Source: Nageia nagi
Lineage: Eukaryota > Plantae > Pinophyta
DNA length: 64,000 bases
Assembly: GCA_050084985.1 (NCBI GenBank)
Contig: JBITNC010000002.1
Location: 1,674,001 to 1,738,000, forward strand
Direction of reading: 5' to 3'
In this document: one piece after another, positions 26,458 to 38,299 of the stretch
How positions within the stretch are numbered: the stretch's first letter is position 1
Layout of the letters: the number at the start of each line of letters is the position of its first letter
Translations under genes and position numbers: made by a program
The notes under the pieces: model-generated
The model's input: only the letters and a program-made list of their open reading frames with translations
Told to the model about the DNA's origin: nothing
Databases searched by the model: none

Positions 26458-28900
26458 ACCACCACAAAGATATGGTCTTTACCTTGCACCTTTTGAAGTT
26501 TTGTGATGAAATCCATGGAGATGTCTTCCCATTTTTGCTATGGAATGGCCAATAGCTGAAGCAATCCTATTAAATTTACATTCTCCTCCTTATTTTGTTA
26601 GCACTACACACACTCCCAAATGTGCCTCAAAATATCTTACTTTAGTCCCTTCCATGTGAGCCTTTCTCTCACTACCTTGTATATCTTGGTAATGCCTAGA
26701 TAACTTGTAAGAGTGGTGTTATGCAAATCATGAAGTGCTTTATTCTTCATTTCATAATTAAGAGTTATGAATATTCTATTTCTCTTCAATATCAATCCAT
26801 CCCTAACCATGTATCTCTTGTTCTTCACCATCCCACTTAAGATTCCTTAAGCAAACTCATCCGTAGTGTATTCAGCCATTACAATCTTCTTCCAATCTGT
26901 AGTGATAGAAAACAGGGAGTAAAAGGATGAGTTTTTGGATAACACATCAGCAATTGTATTCTTCTTTCCCTTAATGTACTATATCTCAAAATCAAAGGAT
27001 TGAAGCTTACTTATCTATCTTTGTTGTTTCTCACTCAAATTTGACTACCTGAAAAAATACTTCAAGCTATTATGGTCAATCTTGATGATGAATTGACCAT
27101 AAACTAAGTATTTCTTTAACCTCTCCAATGCATGCATGATTATCAAAATCTTCTTATCATACATACTAAAATTTTGTTCTACACTAGACAATTTCTTACT
27201 CTCAAATGCAATTGGATACCCCTTTTGTATGAGTACAACTCTAAAACCAAGTTTGGATGCATTAAACTCTAGTGTGAAAGGGATTGAAAATTAGGAATAG
27301 CGAAATAACAATTGGAACATATGATCTTCTTGAGTGTCTCAAAGGCCTCTTGAAAACTCTCACTCCAAATGAATGCATCCTTCTTGATCAACTATGTTAG
27401 GAGGGCATCCAAGTGTGAGAACCCACGTATGAACCTCCTGTAGTAGTTGCATAGCCCCTAAAACCCTCTTAGCTATATTAGGGTTGTAGGTGTTGGCCAC
27501 TCTTGAATAGTTTCATTCTTTTGTTCATCCACCCTAAATCCCTCATGGATGATGATATGACCAAGATATATAATTCTAGTCATGCCAAACTCACATTTGG
27601 ACTATTTGGTATAGAAGTTTTGTTCATGTAATATCTTCAAAATGTGGTCCAAATGATGGAGATGCTTCTCCCACATTTTTTCATACAACAATATGTCATC
27701 AAAGAATACTAACACAAACTTCCTCACCTACTTAGTAGAAACTTGATTCATAGGTGATTGGAGGTGGTCAATGCATTAATCAATCCAAAAGGCATCACTA
27801 AAAACTCAAAGTGACCATAGTGACATCTAAATATCATTTTGCATATATACTCATTCATTATTATCTAATGGTATCTAGATATCAAATATATTTTTAAAAA
27901 GTATTTTGCCCCATGCAACTCATTAATGAGATCATTTACTCTAGGAATGGGATACCTATTTATGATGGTCTTCTTATTGAGAAATCTATAGTTAATACAC
28001 ATATGCATGGTCCCATCCTTATTCTTTATTAACACAACCAAAGAGGAAAAGGAACTAGAGATAGGCCATATGAATCCCATATCTAGCAACTCTTTGATTG
28101 TCTTCCCTATCTCATCCTTATAGATTTCCATATGCTTATAAGGAGTGATCATGATAGGCTTGGCTCCTAATTCTAATTCAATAGTGTGCTGATAAAACCC
28201 TATGGATGGTGGAAACCCCTTGGGTATATCTCTTAAAATGTATGAATATCAATTCAATATGTTGTATACCTCAAACAGCTGCTCCTTAGCCTCCTGAAAA
28301 TGCAACATGGGGCCTCCCTTGGTCAAAGTGAAAATCTAGCCCCATTTAATCCCCTTCTTCTAGATAATAACACTCATTTTCTTAAATGAGATAATCTAAG
28401 TGATGGTCTCAATTTTGCCATAAATGATTATGGATCTTAGTGATAACTTTCACTAACCCCTGTTCTTCAGATCCAATGAAGTAGCCTTATCTCTGACTCC
28501 TAATGGTCCAAATCTAGATGTTAGGGTTCTGGATAGCTCTACCCCTCCAATGTTGAATTTTTGCCAAACCACCACTCTATAACCTAGAATATCCTAGTAT
28601 ATCTAAAAGGTGATATCTCTCTAGAACTTCTTGGTGGTTCCTTAATAAATTTGGAGTAAGATTTTGATCTTTGGTGGGGTCTTATATGGAGATACAAATC
28701 TATTCTCCCACATTCACCCCTTCTTCTTATATTTCTTCTCCTTATGCCTTTCACCTAGAAACCATACGAGCCTCTCCCTTTCCTTTGAAGGGATCTTATT
28801 ATCTTTGAATTTATGAAGAAGTTGATAGGAAACCACCCTTTCAAACTCTAACTTCTTTACTTTAGTTGTAGATATGGCTTCCATTTCCTCAAGCAATAAG
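26458..28900 (-). pseudogene. pol: Gypsy pol (RT, RNase H, integrase N-terminus) with a short gag remnant
   Basis: KDGTMHMCINYRFLNKKTIINRYPIP and VLVFFDDIL (RT). Integrase zinc-binding region ALHDLHNT...GITKIYKVVRERLTWKGLK. Confidence 0.88.
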
Positions 28901-29024
28901 ATCTTCAACTCTAATACCATTGTAAAGACCCAATTACAAAATCAAGTGCAAATAACTTTAAATACATAAGTATTTTCAACGTATGATATAAGGCATCCAA
29001 ATTAAGCATAAAAAATACAATATT

Positions 29025-31030
29025 GGGTGGGTGCAAGAAGTTGGGTCCAATCTTAGGCCAAAAAGTGGACATGTTTTCCTTGATTTTCAAGTTTGGGTAT
29101 GATTGATATCAAAATTTAAAACATTTAGATATGGAATCATGAAAAAAGGTGTTACGATGCTACAAATATGAAAAGGGGAAATATTGTAAAAATGAAATGC
29201 TACAAATTTTTAGTTATTTTGCTTTGAAGTTTTTGCTGCCTCTGAATTGCTATTTTTGGTGGCCCTAAAAAATTGCATGTCATGCATTCTACTTCTCTAA
29301 TCAAGGCTTTTTGTGTGAAGGAATGATTCTAGGGTAAGGATTATCTGCTCTATAGACTTATTTAAACACCCCTCCTATCCAACTTTCATAAAGAAAGAGG
29401 CTACGAAGATGGCTTCTATGATAAGTAACTTTCTAGAGGCACTTACTAGTCCATTATAGTTTACAGATGGTCGACATAGCTTCCTACCTTATTTTCATTT
29501 ATAGCCTAGATAGTATTCGATATACCTTTCAGTATGTGGATTCCAATTCTGTGTAGGGTTCTATTTGAGGCTTGGGTATTGGTGCAGAGTTTTTTACACC
29601 TCACTTCACACAAAGCTTTATGGGCAAGTGTGCTTAGCCAAAAATGGTAGATCAGCTTAGATATTTTAAAACCCTCGATATAGGGTTTCTAGCTTAGACC
29701 TCTAAGAAAAAAAAATTATTTTCCTACAGTAGAATGGCCCTAGAAAGAGCTTTGATACTAGATGTTACTATGCTACAAATATGAAAAGGGAAAATATTAT
29801 AGAAATGAAATGAATATGGAATTGAAATAGGAAAATGAAAACTATCTATTACAAATAATAGAGCATGTGCTGATAAACAGAACACAAAATAGCATCAATA
29901 AGTAGATAAAGATAGGATTTTACTGAATCATAACAGAATCATAGGTCATTTCGAGGGGGCTACCTCCTTATAACTCCAAAGGTGAAAAATAATGTTCAAG
30001 ATGCCTTTCTCCACACACTTCTATCTATTTATAATAAACTAACAATATTACAATATAGGTTGACAATTTAATAAAATACTATTACTAACACTAAAATATT
30101 AGGATGTGGGATCCTAACAAAAGGTCACTAGGATGAAAATGTAGTGCTCTGAGTCTAGTTTTCAAATATATAATTTTTTCCAATACCCATATCATAAAAT
30201 TTAAAATTTGATAAGATGAACAAAAATTGCTTTTAAAAAAAATATTTTTGGACCACACAATGCACATGTTTGTCCAACATAATTTGACCAAAATAAAGGT
30301 ATTTTTTAAAATCCTTTTAGGAAAAGATACCTAACACATTGAAGCTTGTAGTGGATATTTTTCCATAATTATTTTGTTAATATATTTTTTTATTAATTTT
30401 GTACCAGGTATGTTTGTGGTTTCAAAAAGTGCTTGCATCCATCCAACATAATTTGATCTAAACTTAATCTTTTTCAACTTTTTTTTATTCTTATAGATAA
30501 TTTTGTGAAGCTTGTCCTTATACAATTTTTTTTCATACCTCCCCCCAAAAAAAAAACTTATTAAGAAAATATGAGACCCTCACATTTCAAGTAAATAGAT
30601 AACTTTTACTAAAAAATATTTGAAAAATATAAAATCTTATCCAATTATAAACAAATTATATATTTGAAATCTACACTCTTTAATCTATAATGGATTTTAA
30701 TTTCATGCAAACATTCTACCAAAAACTCCATCAAAAGTATGTTTGAAGTTGAGATTTTCTATTAACATTGCCATGAACATATACTTGTAGGTCCAAGGCT
30801 AAGTGTTGGCTCATCAAGCCTTTTTTAGCATAAACCCAAGGCAAAATCAAATATTCAAATATCGAGATTTTGATAAATGTATATATTTAAGTTTTAAATA
30901 TCGGGATCCCAATAAATATATTGGGATCCCAAACCTAAATTGGGATCCTGATTTTTCTAAAATTGAATTTTAACTTCATCGATTTTCCCCCACTTCCCCT
31001 TTAAGTGGATTCAACTTCTTACTTTCACCC
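29025..31030. mobile_element. Non-autonomous TIR DNA transposon, copy 1 (GGG...CCC termini, 4-bp TSD TATT), with a nested mini LTR element
   Basis: Interrupts LTR-A relative to 6821-7971. TATT at 29021-29024 and 31031-31034. Ends GGGTGGGTGCAAGAAGTTGGGTCCA and TGGATTCAACTTCTTACTTTCACCC. Confidence 0.88.
29150..30119 (-). mobile_element. Miniature or internally deleted LTR element (TRIM-like, 970 bp)
   Basis: Absent from TIR copy 2. TG...CA ends and TSD AAAGG at 29145-29149 and 30120-30124. LTR at 29763-30119 with a decayed PBS (TAGTATCAAAGC) at 29749-29760. About 50 bp of the other LTR remains at 29150-29200. Confidence 0.8.
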
Positions 31031-34000
31031 TATTACCAATGTTTAGCCAAGATTAGTAGATATCAATTAATAAAAGCTCATAATGCTAATGTATGGCTAC
31101 AATATACAAGAATGAACAATCACACCACAACATTGTAATAGTAAAGCATCCATAAGATAAATATGGAGATCCAAGTGCCCAATTGTTGTATGTAAGATAA
31201 ATGATGATCAAAGATACAATAACAAGCCCCTAGGGTTGGACATTGACGTCCAAGGAGCCAACTAGAAAATAACATGTGTCTCTCATTATTGTATAGATGA
31301 ATGATAAATGGGATAGTCTTGCTCCCTCAGAATTTGAATCCTCTCCATCAAAGGAACCCTTCTCAAACCCTAAAAACCACTAAAGATAGAAGCTCAACCT
31401 CATAATACCATTGTATGGGATATGGTGCTATACTAAAGTAGTAGACTAGTAGGATTCCTTAGCTTATTAATCCTCCTAGATGTTGCACTTAGGGGTTTGC
31501 TTAGCTCTACGCTAAGACTCTTATCCTCTAGATGGAATAAGTGATAATAAAAATTTTTTATATGCAACAATGAGGCTCCAAGGGTTAATATAGTTTTTTT
31601 ATATTTGGATATCACCTCAATGTCATCACCTAGTTCTCTCATGCTCCAACGTTGGCACCTAAGAGTCATTCTAGGCTCAACATGGGTATCTATGCCTCCC
31701 TCATACTCCACGTGGATCATGAAATACATATGTGGGTCTAAGAGGCATGTGTGGATATCTACAGGGCAATGTGGGTATCATGGACCAACATGAGGTTCTA
31801 GAAGTCTCCCCAAGATTAACGCATGTGTACAAGTGGTCATCCATCCACTTAAGTGCTAAATAGACCTTAGGATTCCCATAATCATGTATCAATATCTTTA
31901 AGTACATCGAAATACCTAATCTACACTTGGAAGGGAGACATCCCACTTGGGACTCATAGTGGGGTCAAATGACCCATTAAGTCTTTTATCCCAAGTATTA
32001 ACTAAAATCATAATTAAATAATAAAACATAATACAAAGGGGAAATCTGTTGAATTCCAAAATTATTTACAATTATATAAGGGGAACATCATACTTCCTCA
32101 TTAGGAGGAGATAGAGGAAACGAAGAAGATGAAGGTGAGAATGAAGATCAGAAGAAGAAGAGGAAGGAGGTTGAATAGCAAGGGAATCTTGAGAGACAAG
32201 TAGCTACACTTGCTAATCCTAAGCCTAGTTACAATTTTAACATGAAGGCACTCTTAAACAATTTAAGAGAATATCATCCATCCAAAGATCTTGCCAATAG
32301 TAATACCGATCAGTATTCAGATGAAGAACTTGAATATGTAGGTACTTATATTTCAATGAAGTACCATTCTATTATCATAGATATAGTTGTTGTAGGGAGA
32401 AAGAAAAATGTCAATGGGACTTTTCTCTAATGATCGACACCAAGGAGGAGTCGTGCAAAAAGATTGGAGCCATGGGTAGATAGCATGCAATAGTTACAAA
32501 TGTTGTGGCACTAACAGAGGAGCTCTTTACAAAGAATATAGAGATCAGAGAGTTGAAGAGGGAGTTGGTCGGATAGAAAAAGTTGACCATAGAAATTTAG
32601 GTTGTAAATCTGATAGTTAAAGATATCAAGAAAAAGATTTCCTTGAATACTAGGTTCAAATGGTTAAAGAAGAGTGGATAAAGGATAAAAGGAGACTATT
32701 TAAGAGTTATTCTTAGGAATAGCTAACTTTTTCATTAATGAAAATAGATATTTGTTGTCCAAGGCAAGATCTATGATCTAATCACTAGGTGGGGCAATAA
32801 TTATCTGATAATGCATGACTTAATAAGAAAGACTTCTAGTAGGCTAGTACTACTTGAATATTGCCACCAGTTCTTCAATCAGTATGATTGATTTTTCTAT
32901 ACTATGATTAAGTGTCAAGACTTTATTCAAATTCGAACATATTTAAAGGATGACCTGAAAAAGATAAATGGAAGAATATCAATTTAATTTGAAATTGACT
33001 GATGAAGATGGATGCATGATCAGAGACTTCATCCTGACTGAAGAAATCAATGTCCTCAAAATTATAAAGTAAATCAAGTATGATGGTGAAATGACGGTAT
33101 GGTGTAATCAGATAAAGAAAACTTCAAATATCATTACCGTGTATCTGTTAGTGAATGAAGGTACGATGGAAATTCTCAATACAAGAATAAAAAATAGACA
33201 AACCTTCATGGGCACAAACGTTGAAAAAGTCATTACATCTCATGTGCAATCTACAAATTAGCCACCATGAATCTAGTCATTTTCCAAATTTTTGTAAACT
33301 TCATGATCAATGAGTTGAGACAATAAAGCACCAACACTCAATTGACTCTACTCTCATGATTAGTTATCCTAATAAGTAGAGCATCAAAAGTCAGTTGACT
33401 TAATCATAATGGTGAATTGTAATATTTTAATATTTTTTCTTAGAATTAGGGTAACTAATACAAGTGAATTAACTCAAAAAATTTGTAAGAGAGGAAAAAT
33501 TGTAACTCTTTTGCAAACTAATACAAAGTGGTGACATATTTACTCAAGCGAATTTATCATTTGTGGAATGGTGGATTGGATCTTTTGTGTCTCTCTTTTA
33601 TAGTTTGAGTGTTTTCATCTCTTTCCTTGAAAACTTTCGAGTTTTAAGAAAAATTTGTTATTCAAACCTTTAAAAACACTTGAGTTGCTTCTAGTTTGCT
33701 ACTTTTCTACCTCTCGCATATGAAACAAATGTATTCTGAAACTATATCTTTTCTATGCCATATAATTTGAAAGTTCTCATTCAAACCTAGTTCCAAACCA
33801 TGTTCCACACTAAGTTTCTTTAATTGCATCAATCCTGTTTATAGAGTACCAATAATCACCCTTACCTTGTGTTCTAGCCTCAAAGATAATTGAACTAATA
33901 TCATTTACTTTAAGCTAGACTAAATTAATGAAAACTTCTTGATTGATTCATAAAAGAATTAATTTAGATAATACTTAATTGTGACAATCGTATTGTAATA

Positions 34001-34486
34001 TGACCGATAATATAAAACTCTTAATTATTAAGTAATTCATCCATACAATTAATCTTACTTAATACAAATTATCTCTTCATACAAATTATTTTTTTCCTCT
34101 TGAAGATGATATATGAATTAAGTGAAATAATCACTTCTTGTAATGTCAACAAAGAGGAGCGATGAATAACTTTCCGAATACACTTCGCATGAAATTGCAT
34201 GGCTTGACTTTCTGCAATATTACTTCAATAATTGTCAAGTCTGCTGTCTGTAATATATATTTAAAAGTAATTATTAATGAATACACATAAATTAAATAAT
34301 AAATACAAAGAAATGTTTTGAAAGAGACTATTTAACCGGCATAACTTAGCACGCCGTAAAGTTCTTTTGTGAGTTACTACATCAATTTTTGCACGTAGTA
34401 GAGTTGCTTTTCACCTTTACAAACAATAATTTTAAATATTTAATCGTTGGAATTTCGATGCATTAGATTCTTCGAAACTGCTATCG

Positions 34487-36954
34487 CTAGTCTCCTGTCC
34501 TCCCTGTTGACCCAGCAGCGTGAATGGACAGAGACCTTGGAATTTGTGGTGTATGGAGTTCGGTCTTCCCTTCCAACATGAGCAAGACTTGGCCCATGTT
34601 TGGCCTCGCTGTTTCATCTTCCTGAATGCATAGCATGTTCACCACAGCAGCTCTTCTCACCTCTTCATCATCTGTAACGTTTGCGATCCTTTTGTCTACA
34701 AGGCTCATCATGTCTCCCTTGTGGACCTGATTTGCCGCCCAAGTGGGAAAATACAACTCGCTGGATTCCTCCACACTCAAATCCAGGTTCCTGCGCCCTG
34801 ATATTATTTCCACCAGTGTCATACCAAAACTGTAGACATCCACCTTTGGAGTGATGGGAAGGCCAGCGATCCACTCTGGAGCCAAGTACCCTCTCGTTCC
34901 TCTTGTGGTAGTTAAAACCCGGCTGAAATCTCTTCCCACTAGTTTTGCTAGCCCGAAATCCCCCAGCTTTGGGCAGAAGTTGTCATCCAGGAGAATGTTT
35001 TCAGGTTTAACATCGCAGTGAATGATGCGTTCTCTGCATTCCTCGTGAAGATAAAGCAATCCCCGAGCAACCCCTACTGCTATCTCAAACCGGGTTTTCC
35101 AGTCCTCTACCTTCGTATCATTTGTCGACTTGTGGCTAAACAGAAATGTATTCAGAGAGCCGTTGGGCATGTAATCGTAGACCAGTAACCTTTCAGATTT
35201 CTCTGCACAAAATCCACGAAGCCTGATCAGATTCACATGATTTATGATTCCAACGGTGTTGATTTCAGCACGGAACTGCTTTTCTCCTCGTCCTGCGACT
35301 TGTAATTTTTTGACGGCGACAAGTGTGCCGTCTGGTAAAGTTCCTCTGAACACCGAACCGAATGCGCCGCTTCCCAGCTTATCTGTGAACCTTCTTGTCG
35401 AAATATCCAACTCCTTGTATGTGAACATCCGAATCGATGTAGTAGCATCAACCTCTTCGGCTTCTGGACGCTTGCAGCAAGAAGCCACGGTGAACCTTAG
35501 ACCCAAATAAGGAACGAACTTGTTAGCGCACCCTGGGTTTGATCTCCGCCAGAATGAACATGCCAAAATGGACAAAACAATGGCGCAAGAAACAACAACT
35601 CCAACCACTAGGGCTGTCTTGCTTCTTCTGCCATTGGAGGAGTAAGAGATTCCAAATTCAGATTTGACCACCCGAAGGAAGACTGTTGTATCGTTCCATG
35701 GCGAATCGTTGCGCATGTTTAGTAAGTCTCCTCTCCAGATTTTGCAGATATTAGACATGTACTTGAAAGCCGTGCAAGAGCAATCAGCGAGGCATGTTTT
35801 CTCGCAGTCATTCCTTGTCGCGGCGTATGAACTACCGTGGCTGTTGTTGCTATCGGGCAGCCACAAGTCCAGACGCATAAACTGGTCCTCGCTGCTGTTT
35901 TTGGCATCGCAGTTCAGCGGGCTCTGTCGGACACACCCGCTCGACCACCAGTCTTGCGAACCCCAGGCTTGCTCGTCTCTGGGCTGGAACCTTGGCAGAC
36001 AGCTGCAGAATTGGATATTATTGGAATTGCAAGTTCCATAGAGCCCGCAGAGGCCATAAACCTCGCATTGGTCCCTAGGCCGAGACCAGATCATATTCCA
36101 TCGGTTGCCGTCATTAGGCATATGCAGCAGAAGTGCTCCGGCCTTGTCCATCACTAAACGTTGACGGGTATTTTGCCAGTACGATATGTATACTTGAAAT
36201 ACACGCCGGAGGTGTTGTTCTCCTTGCTGATGTTGAAAAAATTGTTTGTGCTTGACATCTCTGGAATGTTAGCGAAGACTTTACCGTCCCAAACGCCGCT
36301 CTGCCAATACTGAACGGAATTGTTCCAACGGAGAATGAACTGTAAGGCACCCGATTGGTCTAATTCAAGAGAGAAAATTCCGGGAGCCGGATCCATGGAG
36401 TTCTTCCATGAGATCAACTTCGACTTTCCACCCATCTTCATGCCGGCCAACCACGTGTCCACAGGATGGTCGAAGCTCTCCCAGACAGTCTCAGATTTAT
36501 TCTCAGCGTCTAGCATGACAAAATTACCGGAATCTAGTAGCACAGCCTCAGACGCAGCGTTGGTTCCATTGGAAGACCACAGGGATGATGCTCCCTCCAC
36601 ATCAAACAAGCCAAGCTGACCGTCTTTCGATAAATTCAGAATACCGGCCTTGTTTTTCATGGGACTCTCTCTGTTGGCCACCCAAACGTATGCAGTCTCG
36701 GAGATGTTTGCATACCAGATGCCGAGATACCAATTATTCGTTCCATTGGGGTTAAAAAATCCTAACTCGAATATTCCATTTTGTGAAACAAGAGTCTCAT
36801 TCCATCTGAGAGAACCACCCAAGGAAAGAGTATCTGCGCCTTCCACCTCCCCGTAGCTTCCCATGAGCTTGCAGAGTACAATAAGTGCCAAAATCAAACG
36901 TGGCAGTAAGCTTCCCCTCATCATGAAGCTGAACAGATGACGTTCGGCGGTCAT
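34487..36954 (-). CDS. G-type lectin S-receptor-like serine/threonine kinase (SD-2 type, non-RD, intronless); one-base frameshift at about 36171-36174 (822 aa if restored)
   Basis: Signal peptide, bulb lectin (FELGFF, WVANR, LLDSGNFV, WESFDHPVDT), S-locus glycoprotein, EGF (CEVYGLCGLYGTC...CSCL), PAN (CEKTCLADCSCTAF) and TM. Kinase motifs GSGAFG, VAVKKL, HCDVKPEN, DFG, GTRGYLAPEW. ORFs 36154-36954 and 34487-36154 abut in different frames. Confidence 0.92.
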
Positions 36955-37074
36955 ATTACTACAATTCTCGAACCCAAGACCTGCTCAGAACTTCCAACAG
37001 GCGCAACAAACTCTCTACAGTGCGCCGAAGAGGTGTCATCAAGGAAAGGAGGAGGTGGATGACGGCTAGCGTTG

Positions 37075-37163
37075 TATATATGGATGGGTTTTGTGGACTG
37101 TGCGGTTGCGTGTCAAAGAGGTAATTATTGCAAAACGTCCTATGGAAACCCAAGTCAAGTCAA
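37075..37163 (-). promoter_or_regulatory. Putative core promoter of the kinase: TATA box and tandem W-boxes
   Basis: TATATA at 37075-37080. Overlapping TTGACT motifs on the minus strand at 37153-37163. CpG-retaining context. Confidence 0.45.
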
Positions 37164-37274
37164 ATTTAACATGTAATGGGAAAGTCGTTGGTCTATGGTG
37201 TTTGTTCAATAATAAAAAAATTATTCGCATTCATGTACTAAAAACAATGAATTGAAAATTTTCAAACTAGGTTA

Positions 37275-37550
37275 GGTAGTTACGTTACATAGTAGCTAGA
37301 GGCTTTTAGATTTACCAAAAAGCATAGACTTTCACCTTGTGGATCAATTATTAGATAGATTCAATTGTGTTGGAATTTACATGCGAGCTTAAATGATCTT
37401 TTAACAATTACATTTTCTTTCTTCAAAGGAGAATCATGGTTATCAATATTTTCATCATCTTCTAAATCAAAATTTTCATCTATTGCACATGTAATTTTTT
37501 TATTTCAACTTAAGTGTATTCATAATATTTGTTTGTTTTCTAATTTCTTT
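37275..37550 (-). repeat. Dispersed repeat, inverted copy at about 52620-52910; possible hAT transposase N-terminal relic
   Basis: The reverse complement aligns to 52620-52910 (TTGATTTAGAAGATGATGAAAATATT, TCTCCTTTGAAGAAAG, ATAATTGATCCACAAGGTGAA). Confidence 0.8.
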
Positions 37551-38299
37551 GACCTATCAATTCAAGACATTTTTCTTATTTGTATAAAAAAAATTAATTA
37601 AAATATGACCTTAAGATCTATCTTCAAACAACCTAGAGAACTAACCATTATGTTAATCGATAAAAATAATAATATTTAAATTTTTTTAAATTTAAAATTA
37701 AATAAAATATTCAATTGTTATAACATTATTTAAAAACACTATACTAATTCTAAAACCACAATTTTCAAGTTACAATAATTAATATTATGATCTACAAAAA
37801 AAAACTTATAATTTTTAAAATGCAATAAATAATGTAACCTTCAAAATTTTATGAAAATTGAAATAAAATTCCAAGGCTCAAATTTGAAGCCATCATTGCT
37901 CATCAAATGGTCATTTACTATAAATGGTATGGAAATATAAAATTAATCTATCATTTGGTAAAATCAAATTTAATTTTCTCGTCAAATAAAAAAAAAATCA
38001 TTAGAAGGGATTACTTAAATGGGTTTTGGTAATATCTACTCTTCACAACAATTCCCTATTCAACCACACTTTAGAATCTTCCTTTCTTATGAATGTCATG
38101 AAGCTTTTCTATGATCAGGTTGATACTAGTTCCTCATTGTCTCATCCCTATTATGGTGACCTAGGGTGCTTATATACCCTTCATCATGGTTTTTTGAGTT
38201 CCTTGTGCATTAAAATTGAAGTAGTTCCATCTCGATGTTGAAACAATTGTGTTGCTCTTCCTTTATTTATTTTCAATGCCATGTTGTGTTGACATAAGT

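Larger units (their letters stand above)
6821..32092 (-). mobile_element. Ty3/Gypsy chromovirus-type LTR retrotransposon, degenerate, with nested insertions
   Basis: LTRs 6821-7971 and 28921-32092 (both start TGTAAAGA, end GGG(G/A)AC(G/A)TCA(C/T)A). PPT at 7972-7985 and a decayed tRNA-iMet PBS (TGGTATTAGAG) at about 28909-28919. Chromodomain, integrase, RNase H and RT relics lie between. Flanks TTTCT/CTTCC fit a decayed 5-bp TSD. Confidence 0.85.

Noticed and set aside
29025-31030. PIF/Harbinger (Tourist) assignment based on the GGG termini
   Set aside because: The 3-bp flanks do not match in copy 1 (ATT versus TAT) whereas the 4-bp flanks do, and no TWA target is present.
36140-36200. Intron explaining the break between the two kinase ORFs
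   Set aside because: The paralog aligns across the junction with only a 1-nt length difference, leaving no room for an intron.
35244-36856. Plus-strand and alternate-frame ORFs overlapping the kinase (also 1349-1570 and 1979-2227)
   Set aside because: These are shadow ORFs of GC-richer coding sequence with no recognisable motifs.
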